Assembly: GCA_963844715.1 (NCBI GenBank)
Contig: CAWJPJ010000008.1
Span: 224,001-288,000 of the forward strand
Source of the DNA: an uncultured Phycisphaerales bacterium
Lineage (GTDB): Bacteria; Planctomycetota; Phycisphaerae; Tepidisphaerales; Tepidisphaeraceae
Reading direction: 5' to 3'
Length of the DNA stretch: 64,000 nucleotides
A program made the position numbers and the translations under genes. The notes beneath the pieces were generated by a model, which was given only the letters and a program-made list of their open reading frames with translations, was not told the origin of the DNA and made no database searches. Below are positions 31,995 through 43,240 of this stretch, piece by piece. The first letter of the stretch is position 1. The number at the start of each line of letters is the position of its first letter.

Positions 31995-34376
31995 ATGCGT
32001 TTGACGGAATCACTCAGCATTCGCGGAAAGCTTGTCGCGGTCTGCATGACGACGACGGGCGTGTCGCTCCTGATCGCGTGCTCGATCATCCTGATGTACG
32101 ACTACCGCGAAGTGAAGGCCGAGTTTGCCGAAGACTGGATCGCCAACTCGGTTATCATCAGCGGCAATTCGACGGCGGCGGTCAGCTTCAACGACTCCGA
32201 CGCGGCGACCTCGACGCTGAACGTTCTGGCGTCCCAGCCGGAGCTGGAAATGGCGGGGGTTTACACGGCCAAGGGGGATTTGCTGGCCAGCTTCCGCCGC
32301 GCGAATTACAACGGGCAGCTTCCGACGAAAGTCGACATTAATGGCCCCCGCTTCGGCCCCGATTCGTTTGAATTCTCACAGCCGATCGTGCTGAACGGCA
32401 AAATGATCGGCCGAACATACATCCGCACGGATCTGCAGGAACTGACGCAGCGGATGCACGCCTATCTGATGGTGTTGTTCACCATCCTGGCCTGCACGAT
32501 GGGGGCGGCCTACGTGCTTGTTTCCCGGCTGCAGCGGGTCATTTCCGGCCCGATCGTGCATCTGACACAGGTGGTGAAAAAGGTTGCGACCGCGAAGGAT
32601 TTCAGCGTCCGGGTCAGTCCGGCGCAGGCGAGCAGCGACGAGATCGGCGTGCTGGTGAAGGGTTTCGACGAGATGTTGACGGAGATCCAACAGCGCGACG
32701 TTGAACTGACGCGGCATCGGGCGCATCTGGAGGAGGAAGTCAACGCACGGACGGCCGAGCTTTGGTCGACGTTGGAGGAATTGACGATCGCCAAGCGTCG
32801 CGCCGAAGAGGCGAACGCGGCGAAGAGCGCGTTCCTGGCGAACATGAGCCATGAGATTCGCACGCCGATGACGGCGATCGTGGGATATTCCGATAGCATG
32901 CTGGACCCGGATCAGACGCTGTCGGACCGGCAAGACGCGCTTCAGATTATCCGGCGAAACAGCCAGCATCTCCTGGAGCTGATCAACGACATTCTGGATA
33001 TTTCCAAGATCGAAGCGGACAAGATGACGGTCGAGCGCATGCCGGCGAATCTGCCGTCGCTGCTGTCGGATATTTTGTCATTGATGCGGCCGCGGGCGCT
33101 GTCCAAGGGGCTGGGATTCGAATTCAAAGTCGACGGCCCGGTGCCGAGTTCGATCAAGACCGACAAACTGCGCTTGCGTCAGATTCTGGTCAATCTGCTT
33201 GGCAACGCGATCAAGTTCACGGAGCGAGGGACGGTTCGTCTGGGGGTGACGTGCGAAGAAAACAACAAGGCTCTGCTGCTCCAGGTCAGCGACAGCGGGA
33301 TCGGGATCGCGCCCGACGCGATGGAACGAATGTTCCGACCGTTCATGCAGGCGGACGAGTCCATGACTCGACGCTTCGGCGGCTCGGGCCTGGGTCTGGC
33401 GATCAGCCAGCGTTTGGCGAAGCTTTTGGGGGGCGGAATCACGGTGGATTCCACGCCGGGCAAGGGAAGCACGTTCACGGTTCGCGTTGAGATCGGCGAC
33501 CTCGCGGGGGTCGAGATGATTCACGAACTGACCGAAGCGGTCCTGCCCAAGCCGCAGTCGCATGCGGTTCCAACCAAGAACTGGAGCCTGAAGGCTCGCC
33601 TGCTTCTCGTCGAGGACGGGCTGGATAATCAACGCCTGATTTCGACGCTGCTTCGCAAGGCGGGGGCGGAAGTCACGATCGCGGAAAACGGGCAGGTCGG
33701 GGTCGATAAGGCCACCGCCGCTCAACAGACCAATCCGTTTGACTTGATCCTGATGGACATGCAGATGCCGGTGCTGGACGGTTATTCCGCCGCCGCGGAA
33801 CTTCGCCGGCGCGGATTCAAGCAGCCGATCATAGCGTTGACGGCGCACGCGATGTCCGAGGACCGGGCCAAATGCCTCAACGCCGGGTGCACCGACTACA
33901 TGACCAAGCCGGTAGAAAAGCAGCTTTTGCTGGGGACGATCGCGCAGCACTTAAAGCAACTCGCCGGCGTGGCTCCCTCGGCGCCTGGCCCGGCGGCCGC
34001 TGCGTCGCCCTCATCCGCATCTCAAGGCAGCGCGATCAAGAGCGAATTTGCGGGGGATCACGAAATGCAGGAGGTTTTGAGCGAATTCGTCGCGGGACTT
34101 CCCGCCCAGGTGAAAAAGCTGGCGGAATATCTCAACGCGCAGAACGTGGACGAACTGCGCCGGGCCGTACATCAAATCAAGGGGGCAGGCGGCGGGTATG
34201 GTTTTCCAACCATGACGCAAACGGCGGCAGCCGCGGAGCAGAGCATCAAAGCGTCGGCCCCGATGGAAACGATCGTGGCCCAGGTGAGGGGATTAATGGA
34301 ATTAATTCGGCACGTTGAGGGTTACAACCCGTCGCAGGAGGGTGGCGCCGTTGCTGCAAAAGATTCTAGTCGTTGA
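31995..34376 (+). CDS. Hybrid sensor kinase: periplasmic CHASE8-like, HAMP, HisKA, HATPase, REC, Hpt
   Basis: [44 protein letters not shown]. Confidence 0.93.
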   Translation: MRLTESLSIRGKLVAVCMTTTGVSLLIACSIILMYDYREVKAEFAEDWIANSVIISGNSTAAVSFNDSDAATSTLNVLASQPELEMAGVYTAKGDLLASFRRANYNGQLPTKVDINGPRFGPDSFEFSQPIVLNGKMIGRTYIRTDLQELTQRMHAYLMVLFTILACTMGAAYVLVSRLQRVISGPIVHLTQVVKKVATAKDFSVRVSPAQASSDEIGVLVKGFDEMLTEIQQRDVELTRHRAHLEEEVNARTAELWSTLEELTIAKRRAEEANAAKSAFLANMSHEIRTPMTAIVGYSDSMLDPDQTLSDRQDALQIIRRNSQHLLELINDILDISKIEADKMTVERMPANLPSLLSDILSLMRPRALSKGLGFEFKVDGPVPSSIKTDKLRLRQILVNLLGNAIKFTERGTVRLGVTCEENNKALLLQVSDSGIGIAPDAMERMFRPFMQADESMTRRFGGSGLGLAISQRLAKLLGGGITVDSTPGKGSTFTVRVEIGDLAGVEMIHELTEAVLPKPQSHAVPTKNWSLKARLLLVEDGLDNQRLISTLLRKAGAEVTIAENGQVGVDKATAAQQTNPFDLILMDMQMPVLDGYSAAAELRRRGFKQPIIALTAHAMSEDRAKCLNAGCTDYMTKPVEKQLLLGTIAQHLKQLAGVAPSAPGPAAAASPSSASQGSAIKSEFAGDHEMQEVLSEFVAGLPAQVKKLAEYLNAQNVDELRRAVHQIKGAGGGYGFPTMTQTAAAAEQSIKASAPMETIVAQVRGLMELIRHVEGYNPSQEGGAVAAKDSSR

Positions 34377-35259
34377 CGATGCCCAGCCGATGCACGCGCT
34401 GCTTCAGGCCCGGCTGAGCGCCGAGCCGGTCGAGCTGCATTTCGCGCTGGAGGGGGAGACCGGCCTGGAGATGGCCGCCAAGCTCAATCCGGATTTGATT
34501 TTGCTGGATATCGACATGCCGCAGCCCGACGGTTTCGAAGTTTGCCGCCGGCTGAAAAGCGATCCGCAAACGGTGGGCATCCCGGTGATCTTTCTCACGG
34601 GCGACACCTCGACGGAGAAGAAGATCAAGGGTCTGGAACTCGGGGCAACGGATTACATCACCAAGCCATTCGATGCCGCAGAGTTGCGGGCCCGCATCCG
34701 GGCAACGCTCCGCGCCAAATATCTGATGGATCTGCTCTCCCAGCGCGCGCTGATGGACGGATTAACCGGCCTGTGGAACCGGGTTTATTTCGAATCGCGG
34801 CTGTCGGGGGAACTGGTGCTGATTCGAAACGCGCACCGGCCGCTGTCGTGCCTGATGGTGGACATGGATCACTTCCGCGATCTGAACACGCAATACGGGC
34901 ATTTCTTCGGCGATCAGATTTTGCGCCGGCTGGCGCGCATATTGACGGAATGCTGCCGCGCCGATGATGTGGTCTGCCGCTACGGCGGCGAAGAGTTCGT
35001 CATTCTTTGCCCGAACGCCACAGCCGAACAAGCCGCCGAATTGGGCGAGCGAATTCGAAAGAAGGTTCAGGAAGAGAAATGGGATCATGATGGGAAGGCG
35101 GTGGAGATCACCTGTAGCGTCGGGGTCTCGGACCTGCGGCGCATTCCTCCGCCGGGAATGGTTGAAATGGCCGACCAGGCGGTGACGCAGGCGAAGAATT
35201 CGGGCCGCAACTGCGTCGTCATTGCCGGGTCGCAAGGCGCCAAGCGGGGAGCCGCTTAG
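34351..35259 (+). CDS. REC-GGDEF diguanylate cyclase
   Basis: [17 protein letters not shown]-site, RYGGEEF. Confidence 0.92.
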   Translation: MLQKILVVDDAQPMHALLQARLSAEPVELHFALEGETGLEMAAKLNPDLILLDIDMPQPDGFEVCRRLKSDPQTVGIPVIFLTGDTSTEKKIKGLELGATDYITKPFDAAELRARIRATLRAKYLMDLLSQRALMDGLTGLWNRVYFESRLSGELVLIRNAHRPLSCLMVDMDHFRDLNTQYGHFFGDQILRRLARILTECCRADDVVCRYGGEEFVILCPNATAEQAAELGERIRKKVQEEKWDHDGKAVEITCSVGVSDLRRIPPPGMVEMADQAVTQAKNSGRNCVVIAGSQGAKRGAA

Positions 35260-35277
35260 GGAATTGGCCGACGGACC

Positions 35278-37032
35278 ATGACTGAACCGACCGCCATCCT
35301 CCGACTGCCCGTCCTGGCGGCGACCACCGACGCCGAGGGCGTTCGCCAATTGCTTTCAGCAAGCGAAACCGAAATATTTGATATTCAATTTGTCCGGTCC
35401 CTGTCCGAGGCGGGGGAGGTTCTGAAATCCGATCGCAAGTCCCTGGTTCTTTGGGTGGATGCGGAGACGATCGACTCGCCGGAATTATTGGCTGCCATCG
35501 AGATCCCGATTGTGTTGTACGGGTCCGACGCGCACGCCCGCGGGAAGCAACTTCGGCAAGAGCAATCGCCGCGGCGTTATATCTGGACGCTGGCCCAACC
35601 CGCCGACCCGGCGCAGGCGCGGCAGCTTGCGTTGTCTCTTTGCCAGCAGCAGCTTCTCCGCAACAGCACTCTTCACGATTCGCTGACCGGGCTGGCGAGC
35701 CGGGCCTTGCTGATCGATCGCGCCACGGCGAGCGTACTGCGCGCCAAGCGCAATCCGGACAATTTATTCGCGATGCTCTTTCTGGATCTGGAGCGTTTCA
35801 AGCTTATCAATGACAGCCTGGGGCACGATATCGCGGATCAACTGCTGGTGGAGATTTCCAAGCGCATTCTCACCGTGGTGCGCAGTCTCGATACGGTTGC
35901 GCGCGTGGAAGCGGATCAATTGGCTCGGCTGGGCGGCGACGAATTTGTGCTGCTGCTCGATCCGATCAATCGTCCTGAAGACGCCGGGCGCGTCGCGGAG
36001 CGATTGCTGCGGGCGATTGCCGAGCCATTTCGGATTGGCGAACTGGCGGTGATCGCCTCGCTGCGGATCGGGATTGCATTCGGCAATTCGGCGACGACGC
36101 GCGCGAGACGGTTCTTCGCGACGCCGAGGCGGCCTTGCATCATGCCAAGCGCGACCACAAGCAGCGTTACCGGATTTACAATCCGGATATGCATGCCGCC
36201 GCCGTGAAGCGATTGAGCATGGAAGTGGATCTTCGGCAGGCGATCGAGCGGGATCAGCTTTGCCTGCACTATCAGCCGATCCATTCGCTGGCGACGGGGA
36301 AAATCGCGGAATTCGAGGCGTTGGTTCGCTGGGATCATCCGGAGCGCGGGCGGATTCCGCCGCTGGATTTCATTCCGCTTGCGGAGGAAACGGGCCTGAT
36401 CGTTCCGCTGGGTCTGTGGGTTCTGCGCGGCGTGCAAGCAGATGATGCGTTTTGCGCCGCAGGCGGCGGGGATGGATCGCGTGGGCATCGGCGTCAACGT
36501 TTCGGGCCGGCAATTTGCCCGTCCGGAATTCATCGAAGACATCCGCAACGTGCTGCGCGACAGCGGGCTCCCGCCCGGACGGCTGTGCCTGGAAATCACC
36601 GAAAGCGCCATCATGGAAAACGGCGCCCCGATGCTCGAGGCGCTGCAGGCGATCAGCAGCCTGGGGGTCCGGCTTCATCTGGATGATTTTGGAACCGGGT
36701 ATTCCTCGATGGGGTATCTCAACCAAATGCCCATCGACGTGCTGAAGATCGACCGGTCATTTGTTACTAAGATCAGCGGGAGTACGACAGGACGTCCGAT
36801 TGTTCAGGCGATTATCGCGTTGGCCAGGTCGCTGCATATGGAGGTGATCGCCGAAGGCGTGGATAGCGAGCCGATCATGTCCATCCTGACGGGCATGGGG
36901 TGCGATTGCGTGCAGGGTTATTATCTCTCCCCGCCTCTTCCGCCGGATAAAACCCTCGAATACTGGCGCAGATTCATGAACTCCCTCCAGCTTCCGATGA
37001 GCAACAAAGTCTACATCAGCGAAGCGTCGTAA
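35278..37032 (+). CDS. GGDEF-EAL protein (frameshifted)
   Basis: HDSLTGL, RLGGDEF, FEALVRW, DDFGTGYSS, KIDRSF, QGY across three ORFs. Confidence 0.9.
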
Positions 37033-37183
37033 CAATCCCCGATCGCGGTTATCGGACAAGGTGATTTCTGCTGCGGATTACTTCGTGAGCCCGCGAATAA
37101 TGGCGGTGCGTTTCCCAGTCGATCTTGAAATAAAGCGTTGCTGTTTCCGGGTTAGTCAGCCCGTGGGCATGCGGGAGAAATCC

Positions 37184-38322
37184 ATGCGAGTCGAACAGAT
37201 TGTGTGGACGCGCGACGGTGCGTCAGCCGCTGAACGGGCGGTAAATCTGGCTCAATCCGCGCAACTGGTATTCGCGTTCGGTAAAACGGATTGCGTAAGA
37301 GATTCGGCGCACTTTTTGTCAATTCGCAAGGCCTATCCCAACGCGAAAATTATCGGGTGCTCGACGGCGGGGGAAATCCACGAGCATGAAGTGCTCAGCG
37401 ACGCGATGGTGGTGACCGCCTGCTGCTTCGAGCGAACTCCGCTACGGCAGGTAACCGTGGAACTCTCGCAATGCGCTGACAGCTACGACGCCGGACGGCG
37501 TCTGTGCGCGCTTCTCCCGCGCGGAACTGGCGCACGTTTTCGTTATCTCCGAAGGGGTGAAGATCAACGGGAGCGATTTGGTGCGCAGGATTAACCAAGT
37601 ATTTGCCGCCGGGGGTTTCGGTGACCGGCGGGCTGGCGGGGGACGGGGGGCGGTTCGAGGAAACGCTCATCTATGCCGATGCACCGGCGAGGTCGGGAAT
37701 CATCACGGCCGTCGGATTTTACGGGCGATACATCAGAGTCGGTTACGGCTCGCAGGGAGGATGGGATCCGTTTGGTCCAGTGCGCCGAATCACCAAATCC
37801 AAGGGGAACGTTCTGCTCGAGCTGGACTCGCAGTCCGCGCTGTCGCTTTACAAGCGATACCTCGGCGAGCATGCGGCGAATCTTCCGGCGAGCGGCCTGC
37901 TTTTTCCATTGCATCTTCAGGGAGACGAAAATTCGACGCCGGTGGTGCGTACGCTTCTGGCGGTTGAGGAACGGGGACAGAGCATGACTTTCGCGGGGGA
38001 CGTGGCGCAAGGGTCGTTCGTGCAGTTCATGCACGCCAATTGCGACGGTTTGACCGGCGGCGCCCGCGGGGCGGCGGAGGCGGCGTGCCATGGGCCTGCC
38101 GAGGGGAAAGTGCAGTTGGCGCTGCTGATCAGTTGTGTCGGGAGGAAATTGGTTCTTAAGGATCGCGTGGCCGAGGAGGTCGACGCGGTGCGGCAAATTC
38201 TCGGTCCGCAAGTGGCGACGGCGGGTTTTTATTCCTACGGAGAAATTTGTCCCTTTACGCATTCCGGGAAATGCGAATTGCACAACCAGACGATGACGGT
38301 CACGACTTTAGGGGAGGAATGA
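37184..38322 (+). CDS. FIST N/C domain protein (NosP-like), frameshifted
   Basis: IGCSTAGEI, GGLAGD, SCVGR, GFYSYGE, LHNQT. Confidence 0.9.
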
Positions 38323-38349
38323 GCCGGCGAAGCGCGCCGGGCTGATTAA

Positions 38350-40091
38350 ATGTCCATGCATCGATTGCTAGAAAGACAAATTCGCCGACATCTGGAACCG
38401 GGGGCGCCGATTCCGGCGGCCTTGCAGGCGCTGCTCGACGCGGTGAACGCGGCGTACGAGCAATCGGACGCGGATCGCGCGCTTCTGGAGCGATCGCTCG
38501 AACTCAATAGCAAGGAACTGCTGGAGCGCAACCGGCAGTTGCTGAACGCATCGCTGGCCAAGAGCGCGTTTCTGGCCAATATGAGCCACGAAATCCGCAC
38601 TCCGATGACGGCCATCATCGGGTATGCCGATATGGTTCTCGACTCCGAGCAAACCGAGGCGGAACGGCGCGATTCGCTGCGCGTCATTCAGCGCAACGCC
38701 AAGCATCTGGCGGCGCTCATCGATGACATTCTGGATATCTCGAAGATCGAAGCCGACCGGATGACGGTTGAGAAGATTCCGTGCAATCTGTCGCAAATCG
38801 TCCACGACGTGGTTTCGACGATGCGGTTCCGGGCGGGGGAAAAGAATCTGAATTTCCATTGCGTCAGTTCCGGGCCGATTCCGAAATTGGTGGTGACCGA
38901 TCCGGTTCGACTCAAGCAAATTCTGGTTAATGTGCTCGGCAACGCGATTAAATTCACGCAGCAGGGGGATATCACGCTTCAGGTGTCTTGTTTGCCGCGT
39001 GCGGATGGGAGCACGATTCGGTGTGAAGTTCGCGATTCGGGGATCGGCATGACGACGGAGCAAATTGCGCGGCTGTTTCAGCCGTTTACGCAGGCGGATG
39101 GGTCGATGACGCGCCGGTTTGGCGGCACGGGGCTGGGGCTGGCGATCAGCAAACGGCTGGCGCATCTTCTTGGCGGGGATATTTTTGCCGAATCCAAGCC
39201 GGGCGTGGGGAGCACGTTCACGATTCAGATCGAGGGCGGTTCGCTCGAGAGCGCGGAAATGATGCCGGCAATCGAGGAGGAATCAAAGGCGGACGAAACG
39301 GCGCGGCAGCCGGCGAAAATGGAACTCCGGTTGAACGGGCGAGTGCTTCTGGCCGAGGACGGAATCGACAATCAGCGGCTTGTCGCGGCGTATCTGCGAC
39401 GGGCGGGGGCGGATTTTGTCGCGGTTGAGAATGGCCAGCTTGCGCTGGAACGGCGCAGCAGGAGCCGTTCGACGTCATTCTGATGGACATGCAGATGCCG
39501 GTGATGGACGGGTATACGGCGACGTCGGAACTGCGGCGATTGGGTTATCAGCGGCCGATCGTGGCGCTGACGGCGCACGCGATGGCGGAGGATCGGGCGA
39601 AGTGCCTGGACGCGGGGTGCAGCGAATATCTGACCAAGCCGATCGATCGGCAGGTGCTGATCACGACGCTGGCGGGGTATATGCCGCACTCGTTGGTTGA
39701 GCCGCAACATGCGGCGGCGGCGCCGGCGGGATCGGCCAATGGCGATCAATCGCCGCCAGCGCCGGAGGAGTATATGAAGCGGTTGACGGAGGGGTTCGTT
39801 GCAGCGCTGCCGCAGCGGGTTGCGCATCTGATGTATCTGCTGGATCAGCGGAATTTGGAAGAGCTTCGGCGGGCGGTGCATCGGCTGAAGGGGTCGGGGG
39901 GTGGGTATGGGTTTCCGGTGGTCTCGGAACGGGCATCGGCGGCGGAGGAGATGCTTACGAGCGAGCAGCCTATTGAGAAGATCGCGGAGCAGGTGCAGTC
40001 GCTGATTTCTTTGATTCGGAGTATTCAGGGGTATAGTCCGGAGAGGGAGGTTCTCGGCGAGTCTGCGGCGATTGGGGCGGGGAAGAGTTAG
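38350..40091 (+). CDS. Cytoplasmic hybrid kinase HisKA-HATPase-REC-Hpt (frameshifted)
   Basis: MHRLLERQ N-terminus, [30 protein letters not shown]. Confidence 0.9.
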
Positions 40092-40107
40092 GGGCGGGCG
40101 CGGCGGT

Positions 40108-40410
40108 CAATGACGAATGACTAATGTCGCCACGGCGACCCGCGGTGGTGGGATAAATGACGAATCAATGATTGAATGATCAATGTCGGCGGGGGCGGTT
40201 TCGGCCAAAAGGTAACACTTTGGTTGTGATTGGGCGGTTAGGGGAGAGCGGGGATTGAGGGGATGTATAGTTTATATTTAACAGACTTTGGAATAGTTGC
40301 TGGTTGGTAGTTGCCAGTTGTCAGTGGGGGAAATCCGAAACCAGAAATCAGAATGACGAATCTGTCCGCAGGCGAGTCGCCATGGCAGAAGCCGGAATGA
40401 CTGAGTGATG
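40108..40410. repeat. Mosaic of AATGAC, AGTTGCC and GAAACC short-period arrays
   Basis: aatgacgaatgactaatg; agttgctggttggtagttgccagttg; gaaatccgaaaccagaaatcagaatgacgaat. Confidence 0.8.
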
Positions 40411-40605
40411 AACGGTAGAGGCGCGAAGGCACGGAGGGCGGGGGCGAAGGCTGGGGGCGTTTCGGTTTTGATTATTCTTCCGCCGGCGATGCGGCGGGCT
40501 CAAACCGTCCTTTGCGGCCCGGCTTGTCGGACCGTGATTTCGATACGAAACTTGCGTGGTTGTAAAATCGCGCATTCATCCTGTCGCACTACAATAGGGC
40601 CCTCT

Positions 40606-41100
40606 ATGAATGAACAACTTTGGTCGGTGGTCATTGGCGGTGCAATAGGAATTGCAGGGAGTGTTGGCAGTCTGGGTTTCAACAATTGGCTGACAGACCG
40701 TAGTCGGCGTCGAAGCATCGCCAAAGCCTTTCAGGGTGAAATTGGAGCAATCCTCGATATCGTGCGACGTCGGCAATATCTGCGCGATCTGGATTGGCTA
40801 ATCTCTGAGTCCGGAAATCAAAATATGCCGATCAAGTTTTCAGTTCTCATCGCTCAAAGCTATTTTCGGGTCTATGAAACGAATACGAAGCATCTTGGCT
40901 TACTACGCGGCGATCTCCCGCGCCAGATTGCTCGTTTCTACACGTACGCAAAATCTCTTATTGAAGACGTTGGAATCACCGACTCTACCCAGCCAGCACA
41001 CGTTTCATCTTTGGAGCGGCTAACTGAAACGCGAGATATTCTTCGAGAACTTCTCGAAATTGGTGAACGACTGGCAACTCAATTGAATTCGTCGCGATGA
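40606..41100 (+). CDS. Hypothetical protein with N-terminal TM helix, lower GC
   Basis: MNEQLWSVVIGGAIGIAGSVGSLGF...; AT-richer codons than neighbours. Confidence 0.7.
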   Translation: MNEQLWSVVIGGAIGIAGSVGSLGFNNWLTDRSRRRSIAKAFQGEIGAILDIVRRRQYLRDLDWLISESGNQNMPIKFSVLIAQSYFRVYETNTKHLGLLRGDLPRQIARFYTYAKSLIEDVGITDSTQPAHVSSLERLTETRDILRELLEIGERLATQLNSSR

Positions 41101-41155
41101 CCAGTGTAGGAACAGACGCCATGATTCCAAAGCGGATTGGCGGTTATGCAGGGCG

Positions 41156-41640
41156 GACCCTTCGAGTTGCCTCAGGGCAGGCACGCTTCGCGAGAGCCGT
41201 CGAGCAGATGATCGGTTAAGCAGGAGGGGAGACGGCCCCTCACCCTTCCCTCTCCCCGAGTACAGGGCGAGGGTACAAATGCGAAAATGCCGCTCATCGT
41301 CCGGCGGAAACTAGCGGGGGCACGGGGAGAGGTGATTAGTCGCCATTCTGTTGTTACGCTTTTGGGGAGGTTTCTAGGTTTGCGTCCTTAGCGGTGTGCT
41401 CCCACGGCAGCGCCGTGGGCGTTCGGGGGACCTTCGCTGGAAAGGGCGTGGTATATGTTGTCAATCCGGTAGTGCGAGCACGTCTAGAAACTAGAAGCTA
41501 GAAGCTGGCGGTGTCGCATAGCACGTCAATGGTTCTAGAGGCTAGAAGCTAGGTGCTAGAACCTAGGAGCTAGAGACTAGAGGCTAGAACGGGACCGATT
41601 AGTCGCACTAAGCTAGAAGCTGGAAGCTAGAGCCTGAAGA
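41156..41640. repeat. Intergenic mosaic: CCCTTCG..CTCAGGG hairpin, CCCCTCACCC repeat, CCCACGGC palindrome, CTAGAAG arrays
   Basis: ~41156 gacccttcgagttgcctcagggc; 41235..41273; 41401 cccacggcagcgccgtggg; 41484..41632 ctagaag units. Confidence 0.8.
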
Positions 41641-42936
41641 TCAGTCACATAAAACGTCTATGCAGAGGATATACATTTTGTTGTTTCGGGAATCTCTGAA
41701 GAACGTGCTGATGGTGCGGCAGAGATTTCCTGTGGCCAGGGAGACGTAGGGGTCGGTGGTGTATTTTTGTAGCTCTACGTCCAGGAGCACGTAGTAGTAT
41801 TCTTTCAGGGAGTGATCGGCGCCGGGGGGGGCGGGGCGGAACATGACGCCTTTGGTTCTCGGGGGGAGGCGGGGGTTGCAGACTGTGGTGCTGATTTGGG
41901 CGCCGGATTCGTCGAGGACGTAGACGCATTCGACATTGGGGTAGCCGGCGATGATGTAGCCTAGGACTACGTCGAATTCCTCGAAATTGCAGCGGGTGAG
42001 CTCGCAGAGGATTTCGTTGAGGATGATGTTGAATCGGCGGTGCTGGAGCTTGCGCTGATTGATGCGGTCGATCATGTAGGATTTGTAGCGGCGGCCTAGG
42101 GCGATGACGCGACTGCCGGCGTCGGAGCAGGAGAGGGTGGAGGAGGGGGAGGGGCGGCCTAGGAAAAAGCCCTGGAGCAGGTCGGCGCCGAGTTCGAGGG
42201 CGGAGATGGCCTGGCGTTCGGTTTCTACGCCTTCGGCGACGACTAGGGCGCCGATGCGGCGCGAAAGTTGGACCAAGGCTTTGAAAGTTTCCTGGCGGTG
42301 ATAATCGTTTTCGATATCGACGACTAGATTTCGGTCGGCTTTTAACACGTCGGGTTTGATGAGGGGGATTCGGTCCAGGTTGGAATAGCCTACGCCGACG
42401 TCGTCTAGGACGAGCAGGAATCCCTCAGCGCGGAATGATTCGAGCAGAATTCGCAGTTGCTCGGCGTCATCGAAGGCGCTTTCGAGGATTTCTATTGCGA
42501 TATTGCGCGGGCTGAGATTGAGGGCGCTGATTTCCCTCAGCAAGTCGCCGATGCTGTCGACTTCTCGGGCCAGGACGGAGGCGGTTACGTTTAGGAAAAG
42601 GATCAGGTCCTCGGGGCGATTTAAGTTTGCGAAGGTGCGCAGGGCGGTGGAACGGCAGGCGAGTTCCAAATCCTGGGTGAGGCCTTCGGCTTCGGCCATT
42701 TGAAAAAGCTGGATGGGAGGGATGAGGTCGCCGGATTCGGTTCTGCCGGCGTAGTTGCCTCGGGAGAGGGCTTCGAGGCCGATAATTCCGCGCGAGAGGG
42801 CTTCGACGCCGACGACGGAGCGTTGCCGGGCGGAGAGGATGGGCTGGAAGAAGGTGACGACGCCCTGAAAATCGAGAATTTGCCTGACGGTCGCTGGGCA
42901 AACGGCGCCCTGCGGCAATGGCGCGGCAATGGACAT
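41641..42936 (-). CDS. EAL phosphodiesterase with C-terminal EAL-associated (YkuI-like) domain
   Basis: FQPI, EALSR, FLN, EILE, DDVGVGYS, EGVE, QGF. Confidence 0.88.
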   Translation of the reverse strand: MSIAAPLPQGAVCPATVRQILDFQGVVTFFQPILSARQRSVVGVEALSRGIIGLEALSRGNYAGRTESGDLIPPIQLFQMAEAEGLTQDLELACRSTALRTFANLNRPEDLILFLNVTASVLAREVDSIGDLLREISALNLSPRNIAIEILESAFDDAEQLRILLESFRAEGFLLVLDDVGVGYSNLDRIPLIKPDVLKADRNLVVDIENDYHRQETFKALVQLSRRIGALVVAEGVETERQAISALELGADLLQGFFLGRPSPSSTLSCSDAGSRVIALGRRYKSYMIDRINQRKLQHRRFNIILNEILCELTRCNFEEFDVVLGYIIAGYPNVECVYVLDESGAQISTTVCNPRLPPRTKGVMFRPAPPGADHSLKEYYYVLLDVELQKYTTDPYVSLATGNLCRTISTFFRDSRNNKMYILCIDVLCD

Positions 42937-43165
42937 GGTGGCAACTCGAAGAAAAGACCAGCGATCCCCCGCGGCGCAACATCCGCCGACGAATTGCGGG
43001 ATTCAGGATGAAGCCGGGGCGGAATGAGCAGGACCCCGATCAATCCGATTGGTTCATTTAGTGTATCGGAATAATCAAATGGATAAATCAATTGGGATCG
43101 CGCTAAACCACAAATGGGGTGCTGGGTTTTGGGGCAGGGATTTGATATGGGGCATCCGCGGAGTG

Positions 43166-43225
43166 AAACCCGAAGCCCGAAACCAGAAATCCGAATCAAT
43201 GACCGAAACCAGAATGACGAATGTC
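43166..43225. repeat. GAAACC/GAATGAC composite module
   Basis: gaaacccgaagcccgaaaccagaaatccgaatcaatgaccgaaaccagaatgacgaatg. Confidence 0.8.
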
Positions 43226-43240
43226 GCGGTGGGAAACGGT

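Noticed and set aside
41484..41632. CRISPR array (also 6826..7099, 59357..60162)
   Set aside because: No constant 25-45-bp repeat with unique equal-length spacers and no cas genes.
42937..43165. c-di-GMP riboswitch upstream of the EAL gene
   Set aside because: No recognisable GEMM motif by eye; an Rfam scan would be decisive.
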